From the IMG/VR virus record IMGVR_UViG_3300043432_000149, positions 1 through 47,949 of that record: 47,949 nt of DNA; one strand, 5' to 3'. Position numbers and translations under genes: made by a program. How positions within the stretch are numbered: the stretch's first letter is position 1; every line of letters starts with the position of its first letter. The notes beneath the pieces are model-generated. The model saw only the letters and a program-made list of their open reading frames with translations, was not told where the DNA came from and did no database searches. Origin of the DNA: a virus (Duplodnaviria > Caudoviricetes). Shown here piece by piece: positions 23,046 through 32,782 of this stretch.

Positions 23046-25360
23046 TGGGCGTCATCGACCGAATGCGCCTCGCAGCCAAGGCCGCCGTGGGCATCTTTAC
23101 GGGCGCGATCCCGGAAGGCGTCGCTGGCGAGATGCTGCACCGCATCGTTCCCGCCGGTATGTCCGCCCCGCCGCCCCGCACGGCTGGCGAGTTCCTGAAG
23201 GCTTACTCCACGATGCCCTGGCTCCGCGCCGTGACACATCGCATCGCGACGGCCGTTGCATCGACACAGTGGACGCTTTCCACGATCCGCCGCAAGGGCA
23301 AGGTGCGCCGCGACCTGGTCAAGATGATCCGCGGGTTCGGCCCCAAGGAGCGAGCTGCTGCGCTGGCGCAGTACCGCAAGGCCGCCGAGTTGGAGCTTAT
23401 CGAGCAGCACCCGCTGCTGGAACTGCTGTACGGCTCCAACCCGCTGCTCACCGGCCTCACGATCCGCAAGCTGACCCAGATCTACATCGAGCTCAACGGC
23501 GAGTGCGGCTGGATCAAGGAGCGCAACGCGGCGGGCGCCCCCGTCGGCGTGTGGCCGATCCCGGCGCACTGGGTGCGATCCACGCCTACCGTCGATCAGC
23601 CGTTCTATGAGGTGAGCTGGGCCGGCTGGCAGGGACAGATCCCGGACACAGAGATCCTCTGGTTCTCGGATCCGGACCCCTACGACCCATACGCCCGCGG
23701 CATCGGCACGGCCCAGAGCCTGGCGGACGAGCTCGAAACGGATGAGGCCGCGGCCAAGCACGTCAAGAGCTGGTTTCTGAACCGGGCGCGCCCCGACCTG
23801 CTCATCTACGGCCCCGGGATCCAGAAGGACGAGGTCGAGCGCCTCGAGCAGGGCTGGCTTCGAAAGAACCAAGGCTTCTGGCGCGCCTACAAGCCCTACT
23901 TCCTGAACCGCGAGGTGAAGGTCCACGAGCTCTCCCAGAGCTTCGAGAACATGCAGCTCACGGAGCTGCGCAAGCACGAGCGCGACATCATCATGCAGGT
24001 GTTCGGCGTGCCACCCGAGATCCTGGGCGTGCTGCAGGACTCGAACCGCGCCACCGTCGAAACGGCGGACTACCTGTTCAGCCGGTGGGTGCTCGTGCCC
24101 CGCCTGGAGTTCATGCGCGAGACGCTGCAGGCTCGCCTGGTGCCCGAATACGACGAGGGGCTGATCATTGACTATGTGTCACCTGTCGCCGAGGACCGGG
24201 ATTTCTACCTGCAGGTCGCCAAGTCCGCGCCCTGGTCGCGGATGGTCGATGAGTGGCGCGAGATCCAGGGTCTGGCTCCGCTCCCGGACGGCAAGGGACA
24301 GGTGTTCGTGATGGGCACCGGCACCCAGCAAAATCCCCCAGCGGTCGGCGAAACACCGGCCGTCGCTGTTTCCAGCGTCGGTCAGGACCTGGCCGCGCAG
24401 GACGCCACAAAGTCGATCCAGATCAAGCAGATCGTGGACTCCTCGGCCACCATCGACGCCATCGCGCGATCGCTGGAGCCCGAGATGCGCCAGCGGTTCC
24501 TCGACGCCATCGAAGCCGTTCGGGCCTCGGTGGACTACGCCGCGGTCGAGGCCGCTCTGGTCGCTGGCGATGTGGCGAAGGCGCTGGCTCTGCTGCAGTT
24601 GCCCGGCCTCGAGAAGGCGCTGGGCGATGCAATCGACGCGGCCGGAACTGGCATCGGCATGGCTGGGGTGGTTGCTCTCGGAGCGAAGCGCGGCGGCGCA
24701 GTTGCTGCTCAAGCACTCGGTGCGGCCCTGGGGCAAACGCTCGCCTTCGACATGACGAACCCCCAGGCCATCGCGGTGGCGCGGGCGATCGCGGGCGAGC
24801 TGGTGACGAACGTGAGCGCCGAAACGCGCGCGGCGATCAACGGCATGGTGGAGTCCGCCTTTTCCGATGGGCTCTATCCGGCGCGCCTCGCGAAGCTGAT
24901 CCGGCCCACCATCGGACTCACGACGCGACAAGCCGAGAGCCTGAGGAAATTCGAGCTCGACGCGTGGGCCGAGCAGCTCCAGCTGCATCCAGGGGCGACG
25001 CCCGAGCAGGTCGCGACTCTGGTCGCTGAGAAGGTCGCAAAACAGTCCGAGATCATGCTCAACCGCCGGGCGATCCTCATCGCTCGCACCGAAACGCTCA
25101 AGTGCTCGAACGGGGGCCAGTCGGCGCTCTGGAATCAGGCCGTCGGCAAGGGTCTGCTCGACCCGAAGAAGACCCGCAAGGTCTGGATCGTCGCGGCCGA
25201 TGATCGGCTCTGCCCGATCTGCGAGGACATGCCGCTCATGCCCGAGAACCAGCAGGTGCGTCTGAACCAATCGTTCACCACGGGCGACGGCGCCAAGGTC
25301 GAATACCCGCCAGCTCACCCTGATTGCCGCTGTTCCGAAGCGCTGGCCTTCGACAAATAG
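23045..25360 (+). CDS. HK97-type portal protein fused to a C-terminal MuF/SPP1-gp7 minor head domain
   Basis: Portal motifs (IMQVFGVPPEILG, SNRA); RAILIARTE...KVW...CPIC...PPAHPDCRC at the C-terminus. Confidence 0.9.
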   Translation: MGVIDRMRLAAKAAVGIFTGAIPEGVAGEMLHRIVPAGMSAPPPRTAGEFLKAYSTMPWLRAVTHRIATAVASTQWTLSTIRRKGKVRRDLVKMIRGFGPKERAAALAQYRKAAELELIEQHPLLELLYGSNPLLTGLTIRKLTQIYIELNGECGWIKERNAAGAPVGVWPIPAHWVRSTPTVDQPFYEVSWAGWQGQIPDTEILWFSDPDPYDPYARGIGTAQSLADELETDEAAAKHVKSWFLNRARPDLLIYGPGIQKDEVERLEQGWLRKNQGFWRAYKPYFLNREVKVHELSQSFENMQLTELRKHERDIIMQVFGVPPEILGVLQDSNRATVETADYLFSRWVLVPRLEFMRETLQARLVPEYDEGLIIDYVSPVAEDRDFYLQVAKSAPWSRMVDEWREIQGLAPLPDGKGQVFVMGTGTQQNPPAVGETPAVAVSSVGQDLAAQDATKSIQIKQIVDSSATIDAIARSLEPEMRQRFLDAIEAVRASVDYAAVEAALVAGDVAKALALLQLPGLEKALGDAIDAAGTGIGMAGVVALGAKRGGAVAAQALGAALGQTLAFDMTNPQAIAVARAIAGELVTNVSAETRAAINGMVESAFSDGLYPARLAKLIRPTIGLTTRQAESLRKFELDAWAEQLQLHPGATPEQVATLVAEKVAKQSEIMLNRRAILIARTETLKCSNGGQSALWNQAVGKGLLDPKKTRKVWIVAADDRLCPICEDMPLMPENQQVRLNQSFTTGDGAKVEYPPAHPDCRCSEALAFDK

Positions 25361-25369
25361 GAGACTGTG

Positions 25370-26497
25370 ATGAAGAGATTCATGGATCTCGCCGAATGGC
25401 GGGAGAAGGCGAAGGCTGGCGCAGCACCAACGGGCGTGATCCTCCGCAAAGAGTTCGTGCCCGACGAAGTAAAAGTTGTCGAGGGCGCCGACCGTGTGAT
25501 CCGGTTCGTGATCTCGACGGGCGCCGTGGACCGCTCGTCGGCGACTGTGAACCCTGACGGGTGGCTGCTCGACAGTTACAAGAAGAATCCCGTGGTACTC
25601 TGGAGCCATATGTACCGGGAACCGCCCGTTGCGCGATCCATCGACATCGCCGTGAGCGCTGGGCGCCTGGTGAGCGATGCGGAGTTCGTCACGCGCGAGA
25701 TCTACCCCTTCGCCGACACCGTGTTCCAGATGCTCAAGGCCGGCTTCCTGCGGGCATGCTCGGTTGGCTTTGATCCCATCAGCTCGGGCTACAACTCCGA
25801 GCGGCACGGCATCGACTTCTTCAAGCAGGAGCTGCTCGAGTACAGCGTGACGCCCGTGGGATGCAACCCTGAAGCCCTGGTTGAGGCAAAGAGCGTCGGC
25901 ATCGACGTGGAGCCGCTCAAGGCGTGGGCGGAGCGCGCTCTCGACGAATGGGGCGGCGAGAAAGGCATTTGGATCCCGCGATCCAGGCTCGAAGCGGCAC
26001 GCAAGGCGATTGCACCCAAGACGTTCCAGATTCTCGGCATCAAGGATGACGGCGCGCCGGAGATCGGAGGCGATGCCGGCGAATGCCCGATGGGCTCGGA
26101 GTGCCCGATGGAGGAGGACGCGGAATCGTGCCCCAACGGCGAGAAGTGTGACAAGAAGGCCACACCGGCCCCCGAGAAGGCCGCGCCCGCGTCCCTGAAT
26201 CTGGTGCTGGATCTCGGGCCGCTCAAGGCAATGCTCGAAGAGAAGCTCGGCGGATTTGACGCCAAGCTCCGCGAGGCCATGACCGCCGCGCAAAAACTTG
26301 CCCTCCCGAGCGGGGCAACGCTCGCGATCGACGGCCAAGTGCTTGCTGGCGATTTCACGTTGGAGGTAGCGCCAGACGATCCAGGTCCGCAGGAAAAGCT
26401 TTTTCAGTTCGATCCCGAGGAACTGCGCGGCGTGGTCAGCGACGCGCTCCACGCTGAGATGACCACCATAACCGGCAAACTTTACGACAGGAGCTAG
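25370..26497 (+). CDS. HK97-family prohead protease with a C-terminal extension
   Basis: YKKNPVVLWSH, ACSVGF, ELLEYSVTPVGCNPEAL. Confidence 0.9.
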   Translation: MKRFMDLAEWREKAKAGAAPTGVILRKEFVPDEVKVVEGADRVIRFVISTGAVDRSSATVNPDGWLLDSYKKNPVVLWSHMYREPPVARSIDIAVSAGRLVSDAEFVTREIYPFADTVFQMLKAGFLRACSVGFDPISSGYNSERHGIDFFKQELLEYSVTPVGCNPEALVEAKSVGIDVEPLKAWAERALDEWGGEKGIWIPRSRLEAARKAIAPKTFQILGIKDDGAPEIGGDAGECPMGSECPMEEDAESCPNGEKCDKKATPAPEKAAPASLNLVLDLGPLKAMLEEKLGGFDAKLREAMTAAQKLALPSGATLAIDGQVLAGDFTLEVAPDDPGPQEKLFQFDPEELRGVVSDALHAEMTTITGKLYDRS

Positions 26498-26503
26498 AAT
26501 CCC

Positions 26504-27688
26504 ATGGCTACAGCAACGACCATGAACGCCGAGCAGCTGCGCGGGTTCATTCAGGATGTGATCAAGGGCGTGCTTGACCCGCTCAGGGAACGGATTGAGC
26601 GCCAAGAGGCTGATTGGAAGAAGGAGCTGCAGCAGCGCAGGCAGCCCGAGACGCCGCGGGCCGAGAAGGGCTTCGACGCCGTCCGGGTGATCCGGGCGCT
26701 TGCGGTCAGCAAGAACGACCCGGAGCGTGCCGCGTCCTGGGCCAAAAAGCAGTGGGGCGACGACGCCGTGACGAGGGCGCTCTCCGCCTCCGACATGACG
26801 GCCGGCGGCTTTCTGCTGCCCGCGCCCCTCAGCGAGGAGGTCATCGAGCTTCTGCGGCCGCGCGTTGTGGTGCGCAAGCTCGGCGCCCTGACGATCCCGA
26901 TGGACAACGGGACCACCACGATGCCGAAGCTGACGGCCGGATCCTCGGCCAGCTACATCGGGGAGAACCGCAACATCGCCAACACGGCGCCGACGGGAGG
27001 GCAAGTCAAGTTCGCGGACAAGAAGCTCGCTGCCCTGGTGGTTTTGTCGAACGATCTGATCCGCACGAGCTCGAGCAAGGCGAACACGGTCGTGCGGTCG
27101 GATCTGATCCGGGCGATGTCCCAGCGCGAGGACAAGGGGTTCATCCGGGACGATGGCACCGAGGACAAGCCGAAGGGCCTGCGCTATTGGGCGCCGGCAG
27201 CCAATCAGCTCGCGGCCAACGCGACCGTGAACCTGGCGAACGTGACCTACGATCTGGGGCGCATGATTCTGGCGCTCAAGAACGCGGACGTTCCGCTGTC
27301 GAATCCGGGCTGGATCTTTGCGCCTCGCACCGAGATGTACCTGATGACGGTACGGGATGCGAACGGGAACTATGCGTTCCGGGACGAGATGATGACGGGC
27401 AAGCTCTGGAGCTTCCCGTACGCGACCACCACGCAGGTCCCGATCACGCTCGGCTCCGGGTCGGACTCCGAGATCTACTTCGTCGATTTCGACGACGTGG
27501 TGATCGCCGAGGCCAGCACCCTCATCATCGACGCCTCGAGCGAGGCCGCGTACTACGACGGCTCCGCCGTGCAGGCCGCCTTCTCCAAAGACCAGACGGT
27601 GATCCGGGCGATTGCGCGCCACGACTTTGGCGTGCGCCACGACGCGAGCGTTTGCGTGCTCACCGGCGTCACCTGGGCTCCGAGCTAA
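26504..27688 (+). CDS. HK97-fold major capsid protein
   Basis: AGGFLLP, KKLAALVVLSNDLI, DGTEDKPKGL, RHDFGVRH. Confidence 0.95.
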   Translation: MATATTMNAEQLRGFIQDVIKGVLDPLRERIERQEADWKKELQQRRQPETPRAEKGFDAVRVIRALAVSKNDPERAASWAKKQWGDDAVTRALSASDMTAGGFLLPAPLSEEVIELLRPRVVVRKLGALTIPMDNGTTTMPKLTAGSSASYIGENRNIANTAPTGGQVKFADKKLAALVVLSNDLIRTSSSKANTVVRSDLIRAMSQREDKGFIRDDGTEDKPKGLRYWAPAANQLAANATVNLANVTYDLGRMILALKNADVPLSNPGWIFAPRTEMYLMTVRDANGNYAFRDEMMTGKLWSFPYATTTQVPITLGSGSDSEIYFVDFDDVVIAEASTLIIDASSEAAYYDGSAVQAAFSKDQTVIRAIARHDFGVRHDASVCVLTGVTWAPS

Positions 27689-27762
27689 TCGGGCAGGGCG
27701 CCGGCTCCGGCCGGCACCCCTCTGCCCAACCCGCATCCCGCAATCACGGAGAAAGACACACC

Positions 27763-28287
27763 ATGAATCCCCACGACATCGGATCCCGCATCAAGGGGGT
27801 CACTGCGCTTACCCCGGCCGTTATCACGGCCGCGGCCGGCAACGACAACACCGAACTGAACGGCATCGTCGTCAATCGGCTCCTGGCAGGCCGCGGTCTC
27901 GCGAAATCCGCCAAGCTGATCATCCAGTTCGTCACCTCGCTCACGGCCGACAAGACGCTCACCATCACCGCCAATGCCCAGGACGGCGCGGCGTCGAACC
28001 TCTCAGACGCGGCCGACTATGCGGCTGTTCGGGCCAGTTACGACGTGTCGTCCGCGGCGCCGCCCACGGCTGTGACGCTGTCGAGCGGCAACTTCCCGGC
28101 CACGGCGGTTAAGACGGGCGCGGCCAGCGGCGTCTCTGGGCAGGTCGAGATCGACTTCGACCTGTCGGCGGCCAAACAGTACATCCGCTGCCAGGTGACG
28201 TTCGATCTGTCGCACTCCGGAACCGATACGGTCGCCTATTCGGCTGTGTGGGTGTTCGGCGGACAGGACGTTTTGCCGGCCACCTAA
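27763..28287 (+). CDS. putative capsid decoration/cement protein
   Basis: GGAG RBS; beta-rich 174-aa protein directly after the capsid gene; ..KQYIRCQVT.. Confidence 0.6.
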   Translation: MNPHDIGSRIKGVTALTPAVITAAAGNDNTELNGIVVNRLLAGRGLAKSAKLIIQFVTSLTADKTLTITANAQDGAASNLSDAADYAAVRASYDVSSAAPPTAVTLSSGNFPATAVKTGAASGVSGQVEIDFDLSAAKQYIRCQVTFDLSHSGTDTVAYSAVWVFGGQDVLPAT

Positions 28288-28304
28288 ACCGGTTTACGCA
28301 ACGG

Positions 28305-28330
28305 GGCGGCTTCGGCCGCCTTTCTTTTTT
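28305..28330 (+). terminator. intrinsic terminator
   Basis: GGCGGC-TTCG-GCCGCC followed by a T-rich run. Confidence 0.85.
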
Positions 28331-28343
28331 GGAGGCAGTGTCC

Positions 28344-28970
28344 ATGAGCGATTGGTGGAATCTGGGCAAGCGCCCGATCCTGGAGAGCGAAGCCCCGACC
28401 GCGCACGCGAGCTCTCACGTTCCGGGCGCATCGGACCCGATCGCGCTGCTGCTGTCGGCGTTCCTCGGCATGCCAGCGGCGGCGGACGATGACGCGATCG
28501 TGGCATCCGTGAACCTGACGAACACCACGCTCACGATCGCAGGCCAGCCGGACGTCCCGCGCAACATCACGATCACCGTCACCGACACGACGCCCGGCAT
28601 CACGGCCGGAACCGTCACCGTCACCGGGCAGGATGCCGGCGGCGCGACCGTGACGGAGACGCTGGACCTGTCGAGCGCCCTGACGCTGACCGGCACGAAG
28701 ATCTTCGGCAAGGTGGTGAGCGCCGTGGTTGCTGGCGCTACGGCGCTGGGCGGGGCTGGCGACGAGACGATCAAGATCGGCTGGGGCAACAAGATTGGGC
28801 TTCCCACCCAGATCTCCGCCTCTTCGGCCGTCAAGCACGTCTACCTCGGTGGCGTGCGCCAAGCGACTCCAACGATCGCCACGGGCGCCCAGACCTCCTC
28901 GGTGGATGTGAGCTCTGGCACCTACAACGGCTCCAAGGCGCTCCACGTCTACTTCGACATCGCGGCGTAA
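28344..28970 (+). CDS. virion structural protein, Thr/Gly/Ala-rich
   Basis: GGAGG RBS; QPDVPRNITIT motif; lies in the head module. Confidence 0.65.
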   Translation: MSDWWNLGKRPILESEAPTAHASSHVPGASDPIALLLSAFLGMPAAADDDAIVASVNLTNTTLTIAGQPDVPRNITITVTDTTPGITAGTVTVTGQDAGGATVTETLDLSSALTLTGTKIFGKVVSAVVAGATALGGAGDETIKIGWGNKIGLPTQISASSAVKHVYLGGVRQATPTIATGAQTSSVDVSSGTYNGSKALHVYFDIAA

Positions 28971-28973
28971 AGC

Positions 28974-29843
28974 ATGGCCATCACCATCCTCACATACCCG
29001 TCGAGCACGGACCTGACGACGCTGGCTGGGCTCAAGGCTGCGCTCCAGATCACGGCGAGCACCTACGATGCCCTGCTTTCAAGCAAGATCCGAGCGGCGT
29101 CGGACGCGATCCTGTCGCACTGCGGCCGGGACTTCGCCCGCGCCAAGATCGAAGAGACCGCGAAGGGCTACGGCGACACGCGGCTGATGCTCTCGCTGAC
29201 GCCGATTGGCTCGGTGGTTTCGGTGGCACAGGATAGCTCGCCCATCACGGACTACGTCGTCGAGAACGCCAAGTCCGGATTCCTCTACCGGCGCGTCGGC
29301 TGGGACTGGACGGTACAGCTTGGATGGTCGCTCTCCGGGACTCCGGTTCCGGGGAGCGAAGAGGCCGTGTTTGTGGCGACCTACTACGGCGGCTACCTGC
29401 TCCCCGGCGACGACATGATCTCGAAAACCACGATCTCGGCGGCGAACGGGGACAACAGCTTCAACGACAGCGCGGCCGGCTTCCCGCTCCTGGCGCCAGG
29501 CGACAGGATCCGCGTGTCGGGCTTCGCGACCGCGGCGAACAACGGCGCCTTCATCGTCGTCTCCCGGACGGCGTCGAAGGTGGTGGTGAGCGGCGGAACG
29601 CTGGCCACGGAGGCGGCCGGCCCGAGTGTGTCGGTGGCGGTGCGAAGCCTTCCCTACGACGTGGAGGAGGCCTGCATCGAGACGGCGAAGGCGTGGTACT
29701 TGCAGACGAGCCGCGACCCTGCGGTGGCCAGCCGCTCGGTGGGCGATCTGTCGGTGAGCTACCGGGCGCCAGGCAGCGACATCGGCGAGAGCCTGCCAAT
29801 CGAGGCGATCAAAAAGCTGCGTAGCTGGGTGAGGTTCGAGTGA
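28974..29843 (+). CDS. head-tail adaptor (gp6-like) with an inserted beta-domain
   Basis: LTTLAGLKAAL...ILSHCGRDF...YYGGY [insert] LPYDVEEAC...SVGDLSVSY. Confidence 0.75.
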   Translation: MAITILTYPSSTDLTTLAGLKAALQITASTYDALLSSKIRAASDAILSHCGRDFARAKIEETAKGYGDTRLMLSLTPIGSVVSVAQDSSPITDYVVENAKSGFLYRRVGWDWTVQLGWSLSGTPVPGSEEAVFVATYYGGYLLPGDDMISKTTISAANGDNSFNDSAAGFPLLAPGDRIRVSGFATAANNGAFIVVSRTASKVVVSGGTLATEAAGPSVSVAVRSLPYDVEEACIETAKAWYLQTSRDPAVASRSVGDLSVSYRAPGSDIGESLPIEAIKKLRSWVRFE

Positions 29844-30157
29844 TGGATCCCGGATTCCTCGCCATGATGCCCGACAGCGTCACCATCGAGCCGCTCTCCA
29901 GCCGGGACACCTACGGCAAGCCCGCCTACGGAACGGGCGTCGCCTACCAGGCGCGCGTCGTCCGCAAGCGCAAGGCGTACCGGCGCAAGGACGGCACGGA
30001 GGCGGCGTCAAGCTCGGTCGTCTACCTCGGCGGCGTCTCGGGCGCAACCGAGCAATCCAGGATCACGCTCCCTGACGGCTCCCAGCCCGTGATCGGCGCC
30101 GTCAACCTCTACCCCGACGAGAGCGGCGCGCACCACGAAGTCATCTACCTGGAGTGA
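29840..30157 (+). CDS. head closure (stopper) protein
   Basis: D.YGKPAY...RITLPDG; position in the neck module. Confidence 0.65.
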   Translation: MMDPGFLAMMPDSVTIEPLSSRDTYGKPAYGTGVAYQARVVRKRKAYRRKDGTEAASSSVVYLGGVSGATEQSRITLPDGSQPVIGAVNLYPDESGAHHEVIYLE

Positions 30158-30160
30158 GCA

Positions 30161-30616
30161 ATGGCCGCGAACTTCACTTTCCGGGGCCTCGACGAGCTCC
30201 GCGCCGTCGTCAAGAAATACGGTGACAGGGCGCCGAAGGCAGCGGCTCGTGCCATGTACCAGGAAGCGGAAAAGATCATGGCGAAGGCCAAGCCGCTGAC
30301 GCCCGTGGACACAGGCAACCTCCGGGCCTCGGGCCATGTCCAGCCCCCCGAGTTCAAGCGCGGCGCGGTGACGGTTCGGCTCGGCTTCGGTGGGACGGCG
30401 GGCGTTACGAAGCGCGATTCCAAGAGCAAGTTCGCAGGCAAGGAGGACGTTTACGTGGGATATGCCGTCTACGTCCACGAGGTTCCGGCGAAGCACAACC
30501 CAGGGACGCAATGGAAGTACCTGGAGACGCCGTTCATGGAAGCGGCCGGCGACATGGACAAGCGCCTCGCCGCCGAGGTCCGCGCTGAACTCGAAGCGCT
30601 CAAGAGAGGCAGATAG
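30161..30616 (+). CDS. HK97 gp10-like neck protein
   Basis: AKPLTPVDTGNLRAS, YAVYVHE, KYLETP. Confidence 0.85.
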   Translation: MAANFTFRGLDELRAVVKKYGDRAPKAAARAMYQEAEKIMAKAKPLTPVDTGNLRASGHVQPPEFKRGAVTVRLGFGGTAGVTKRDSKSKFAGKEDVYVGYAVYVHEVPAKHNPGTQWKYLETPFMEAAGDMDKRLAAEVRAELEALKRGR

Positions 30617-30618
30617 CG

Positions 30619-31014
30619 ATGCCGCAAGATCCCGTTCTCGACGTGGCCACGAAGCTGCAGACGGCCGGCGTGGGCACGCTCGGTAGCTCCATCTTCGTTG
30701 GCCCGATCCGGGGCGTATCAGCGGCCGTACCCATCGCGGCCGTGTTCATCGTCGGCACGGGCGGCCCGAGAGCGGAGCGCACCCTCGGACGCACCACCGA
30801 GATCCGGCGGCCAACGGTGCAGGTGATGATTCGCGCGGCCGACCACGCGGCCGGGCTGACCAAGGCTCGGGCAGTCCGCGCGGCGCTGCACAACGCGACG
30901 ATCTCGGGCTACGGCGACGTGGAGGCGCTGCAGCCAGACCCCATCTACGTCGGGCTCGACAGCCAGGAACACGAGCTCTTCAGCATCAACTTCATGCTCT
31001 TCTACCAACCGTGA
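30619..31014 (+). CDS. tail terminator / minor capsid-type protein
   Basis: PTVQVMIRA...FSINF; position before the tail tube genes. Confidence 0.7.
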   Translation: MPQDPVLDVATKLQTAGVGTLGSSIFVGPIRGVSAAVPIAAVFIVGTGGPRAERTLGRTTEIRRPTVQVMIRAADHAAGLTKARAVRAALHNATISGYGDVEALQPDPIYVGLDSQEHELFSINFMLFYQP

Positions 31015-31021
31015 GGCGCCC

Positions 31022-31717
31022 ATGAGCTTTTCACCCGGCAACCTCGCCAACATTTTCGCCAACGGCTACGATCTGACCAGCTTCTTCAGCGGCCACGATC
31101 GCAGCGGTTCCGCCGTCGTCTCGAAGGTCACGACCTACGGCAAGATTCGCGAGGTCTATCTCGCCGGCGGAGTCCGCGATGCCCAGATCGAGCACAGCGG
31201 ATTCTGGGACGGCGACGAAACCGCCCTCGACGACATCATGCGCGCCTGCCTCGGCGCCGAAACTGGCTGGCTCTACCTGCCCGTCGGCGACGGTCTCGGG
31301 AACTACTGTTCGGGCGCCGTCACCATCGCCACGAAGTACACGAAGAAGAGCGGCACGGAGGGCGCCGTGCCTTTCACGGTGAGCGGCCAGGCCACGGGAG
31401 GCGATGATGCGGCCCTGGTGCTGCACGCCCACGCAACCCGGAGTACCTCGGGCAACGGCAGCTCGATCGACAACAGCGCGGCCACCACGAACGGCGGCGT
31501 CGGGTTTCTCCAGGTCACGGCCGCGACAGGGTCGGGCGCCATCAAGATCCAGGACTCCACGGACAACTCGACGTGGACGGACCTAATCGCGTTCGCCGCG
31601 GCGTCCGCCGTGGGCGCGCAAAAAATCGAAGTCACCGGCACGGTCAAGCGCTACCTGCGCGTGACGTGGGCGCCGGGAACCTCAATCACTTTCATCGCGG
31701 CCTTCGGACGCCGCTGA
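31022..31717 (+). CDS. tail-tube-like protein with an extra C-terminal domain
   Basis: Shares D.TS, KVTT.GK.REVYLAGGV.D and WD with the next gene. Confidence 0.65.
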   Translation: MSFSPGNLANIFANGYDLTSFFSGHDRSGSAVVSKVTTYGKIREVYLAGGVRDAQIEHSGFWDGDETALDDIMRACLGAETGWLYLPVGDGLGNYCSGAVTIATKYTKKSGTEGAVPFTVSGQATGGDDAALVLHAHATRSTSGNGSSIDNSAATTNGGVGFLQVTAATGSGAIKIQDSTDNSTWTDLIAFAAASAVGAQKIEVTGTVKRYLRVTWAPGTSITFIAAFGRR

Positions 31718-31727
31718 GGGTAGAACC

Positions 31728-32147
31728 ATGCCCCTGACTCCTGTTGTTGGCATCAACGGCGTATTCAAGCTCGACAACGCGAGCGACTCGCTCACCGACA
31801 TCACCAGCTACATCACCGGTATCGACGATTCCGACGAGGTCGGCGTGCCGAAGGTGACGACCATGGGAAAGACCCGCGAGGTCTACTTGGCTGGCGGCGT
31901 CGGCGACGGAACGTTCGACGTGGAGTTCATCTGGGACGCGACGATCGACGCGATCTTGCGCCACGCGGAAGGCCGCTCGAAGACCTACGAGTATGGGCCT
32001 GCCGGCTCCACCACTGGCCTGCCGAAGGCCACGGGCGAGGTGATCGGTAAGAGCTACAAGATCAGCCAGAAGGCCGGGTCTGACGCGATCACATGCTCGA
32101 TCAGCCTCCAAAAAACCGATACCCAAACCCATACGACCTGGTCGTAA
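31728..32147 (+). CDS. major tail tube protein
   Basis: 139 aa, directly before the chaperone; LTDITSYI...YEYGPAG. Confidence 0.7.
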   Translation: MPLTPVVGINGVFKLDNASDSLTDITSYITGIDDSDEVGVPKVTTMGKTREVYLAGGVGDGTFDVEFIWDATIDAILRHAEGRSKTYEYGPAGSTTGLPKATGEVIGKSYKISQKAGSDAITCSISLQKTDTQTHTTWS

Positions 32148-32155
32148 GAGGCACC

Positions 32156-32542
32156 ATGGCTACGCTCCCGATTCTCTCCGTCGATCAAATCCTTTCCGCC
32201 CCCGACCGCGACGCCAAGCTCGTCGAGGTGCCCCAGTGGGGCGGCGCCGTCAAGATCGTTCCGCTCTCCAAGGGCCTGCAGCGGGCCGTCCGCGAGAAGT
32301 CCAAGAAGTGGGAGATCAAGGACGGCCGCCGCGTGCACGAGCTCGACGCGGACGCTTTCGAGCGCAATCTCTGGCTTGAGAGCGTCGCCGAGCCCAAGTT
32401 CACCGAGGCGCAGTATGACGCACTGAAAGACAAGAATTTCGCGGCGCAGGAGGTGGTGCTGCGCGAGATCCTGGCGATCAACGGCATGGCGGAGGGGGCT
32501 GTGCGCGAAGCACAAAAGAGCTTTCCTCCGGGGCCTGCATGA
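32156..32542 (+). CDS. tail assembly chaperone (G-like)
   Basis: ILSAPD...VEVPQWGGAV; ends ..AQKSF. Confidence 0.8.
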   Translation: MATLPILSVDQILSAPDRDAKLVEVPQWGGAVKIVPLSKGLQRAVREKSKKWEIKDGRRVHELDADAFERNLWLESVAEPKFTEAQYDALKDKNFAAQEVVLREILAINGMAEGAVREAQKSFPPGPA

Positions 32543-32714
32543 GCCTGGGAAATACCCGGAGGAGGCGGAAGAGGGGTTCGAGTTCCGCCTCGCCGGGCAC
32601 CTCAAGATGAGCGTCAAGCGCCTGCGCCGCGAGGTCAGCGCGGGCGAGTTCGTCAAATGGGCCGGGTGGTTCCAGGCGGAGGCCAGCTACATCGAGAGCC
32701 AGCGGAAGGGGTGA
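32523..32714 (+). CDS. frameshift extension (T-like) of the tail chaperone
   Basis: +1 frame open from TTC at 32523: FEFRLAGHLKMSVKRLRREVSAGEFVKWAGWF. Confidence 0.65.
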   Translation, partial: FLRGLHEPGKYPEEAEEGFEFRLAGHLKMSVKRLRREVSAGEFVKWAGWFQAEASYIESQRKG

Positions 32715-32782
32715 GCGGTGAGAGGTTGATCGTTCAGAATCGCTGGGGGTAGGATTTTTGATCCATCAACCGGAGGTTCCGA

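Noticed and set aside
24179-27736. 1185-aa minus-strand ORF, and other long antisense ORFs such as 4766..6139 (+) and 14951..16117 (-)
   Set aside because: Shadow frames opposite clear genes (portal, protease, capsid, recT, primase), as expected at high GC; no motifs.
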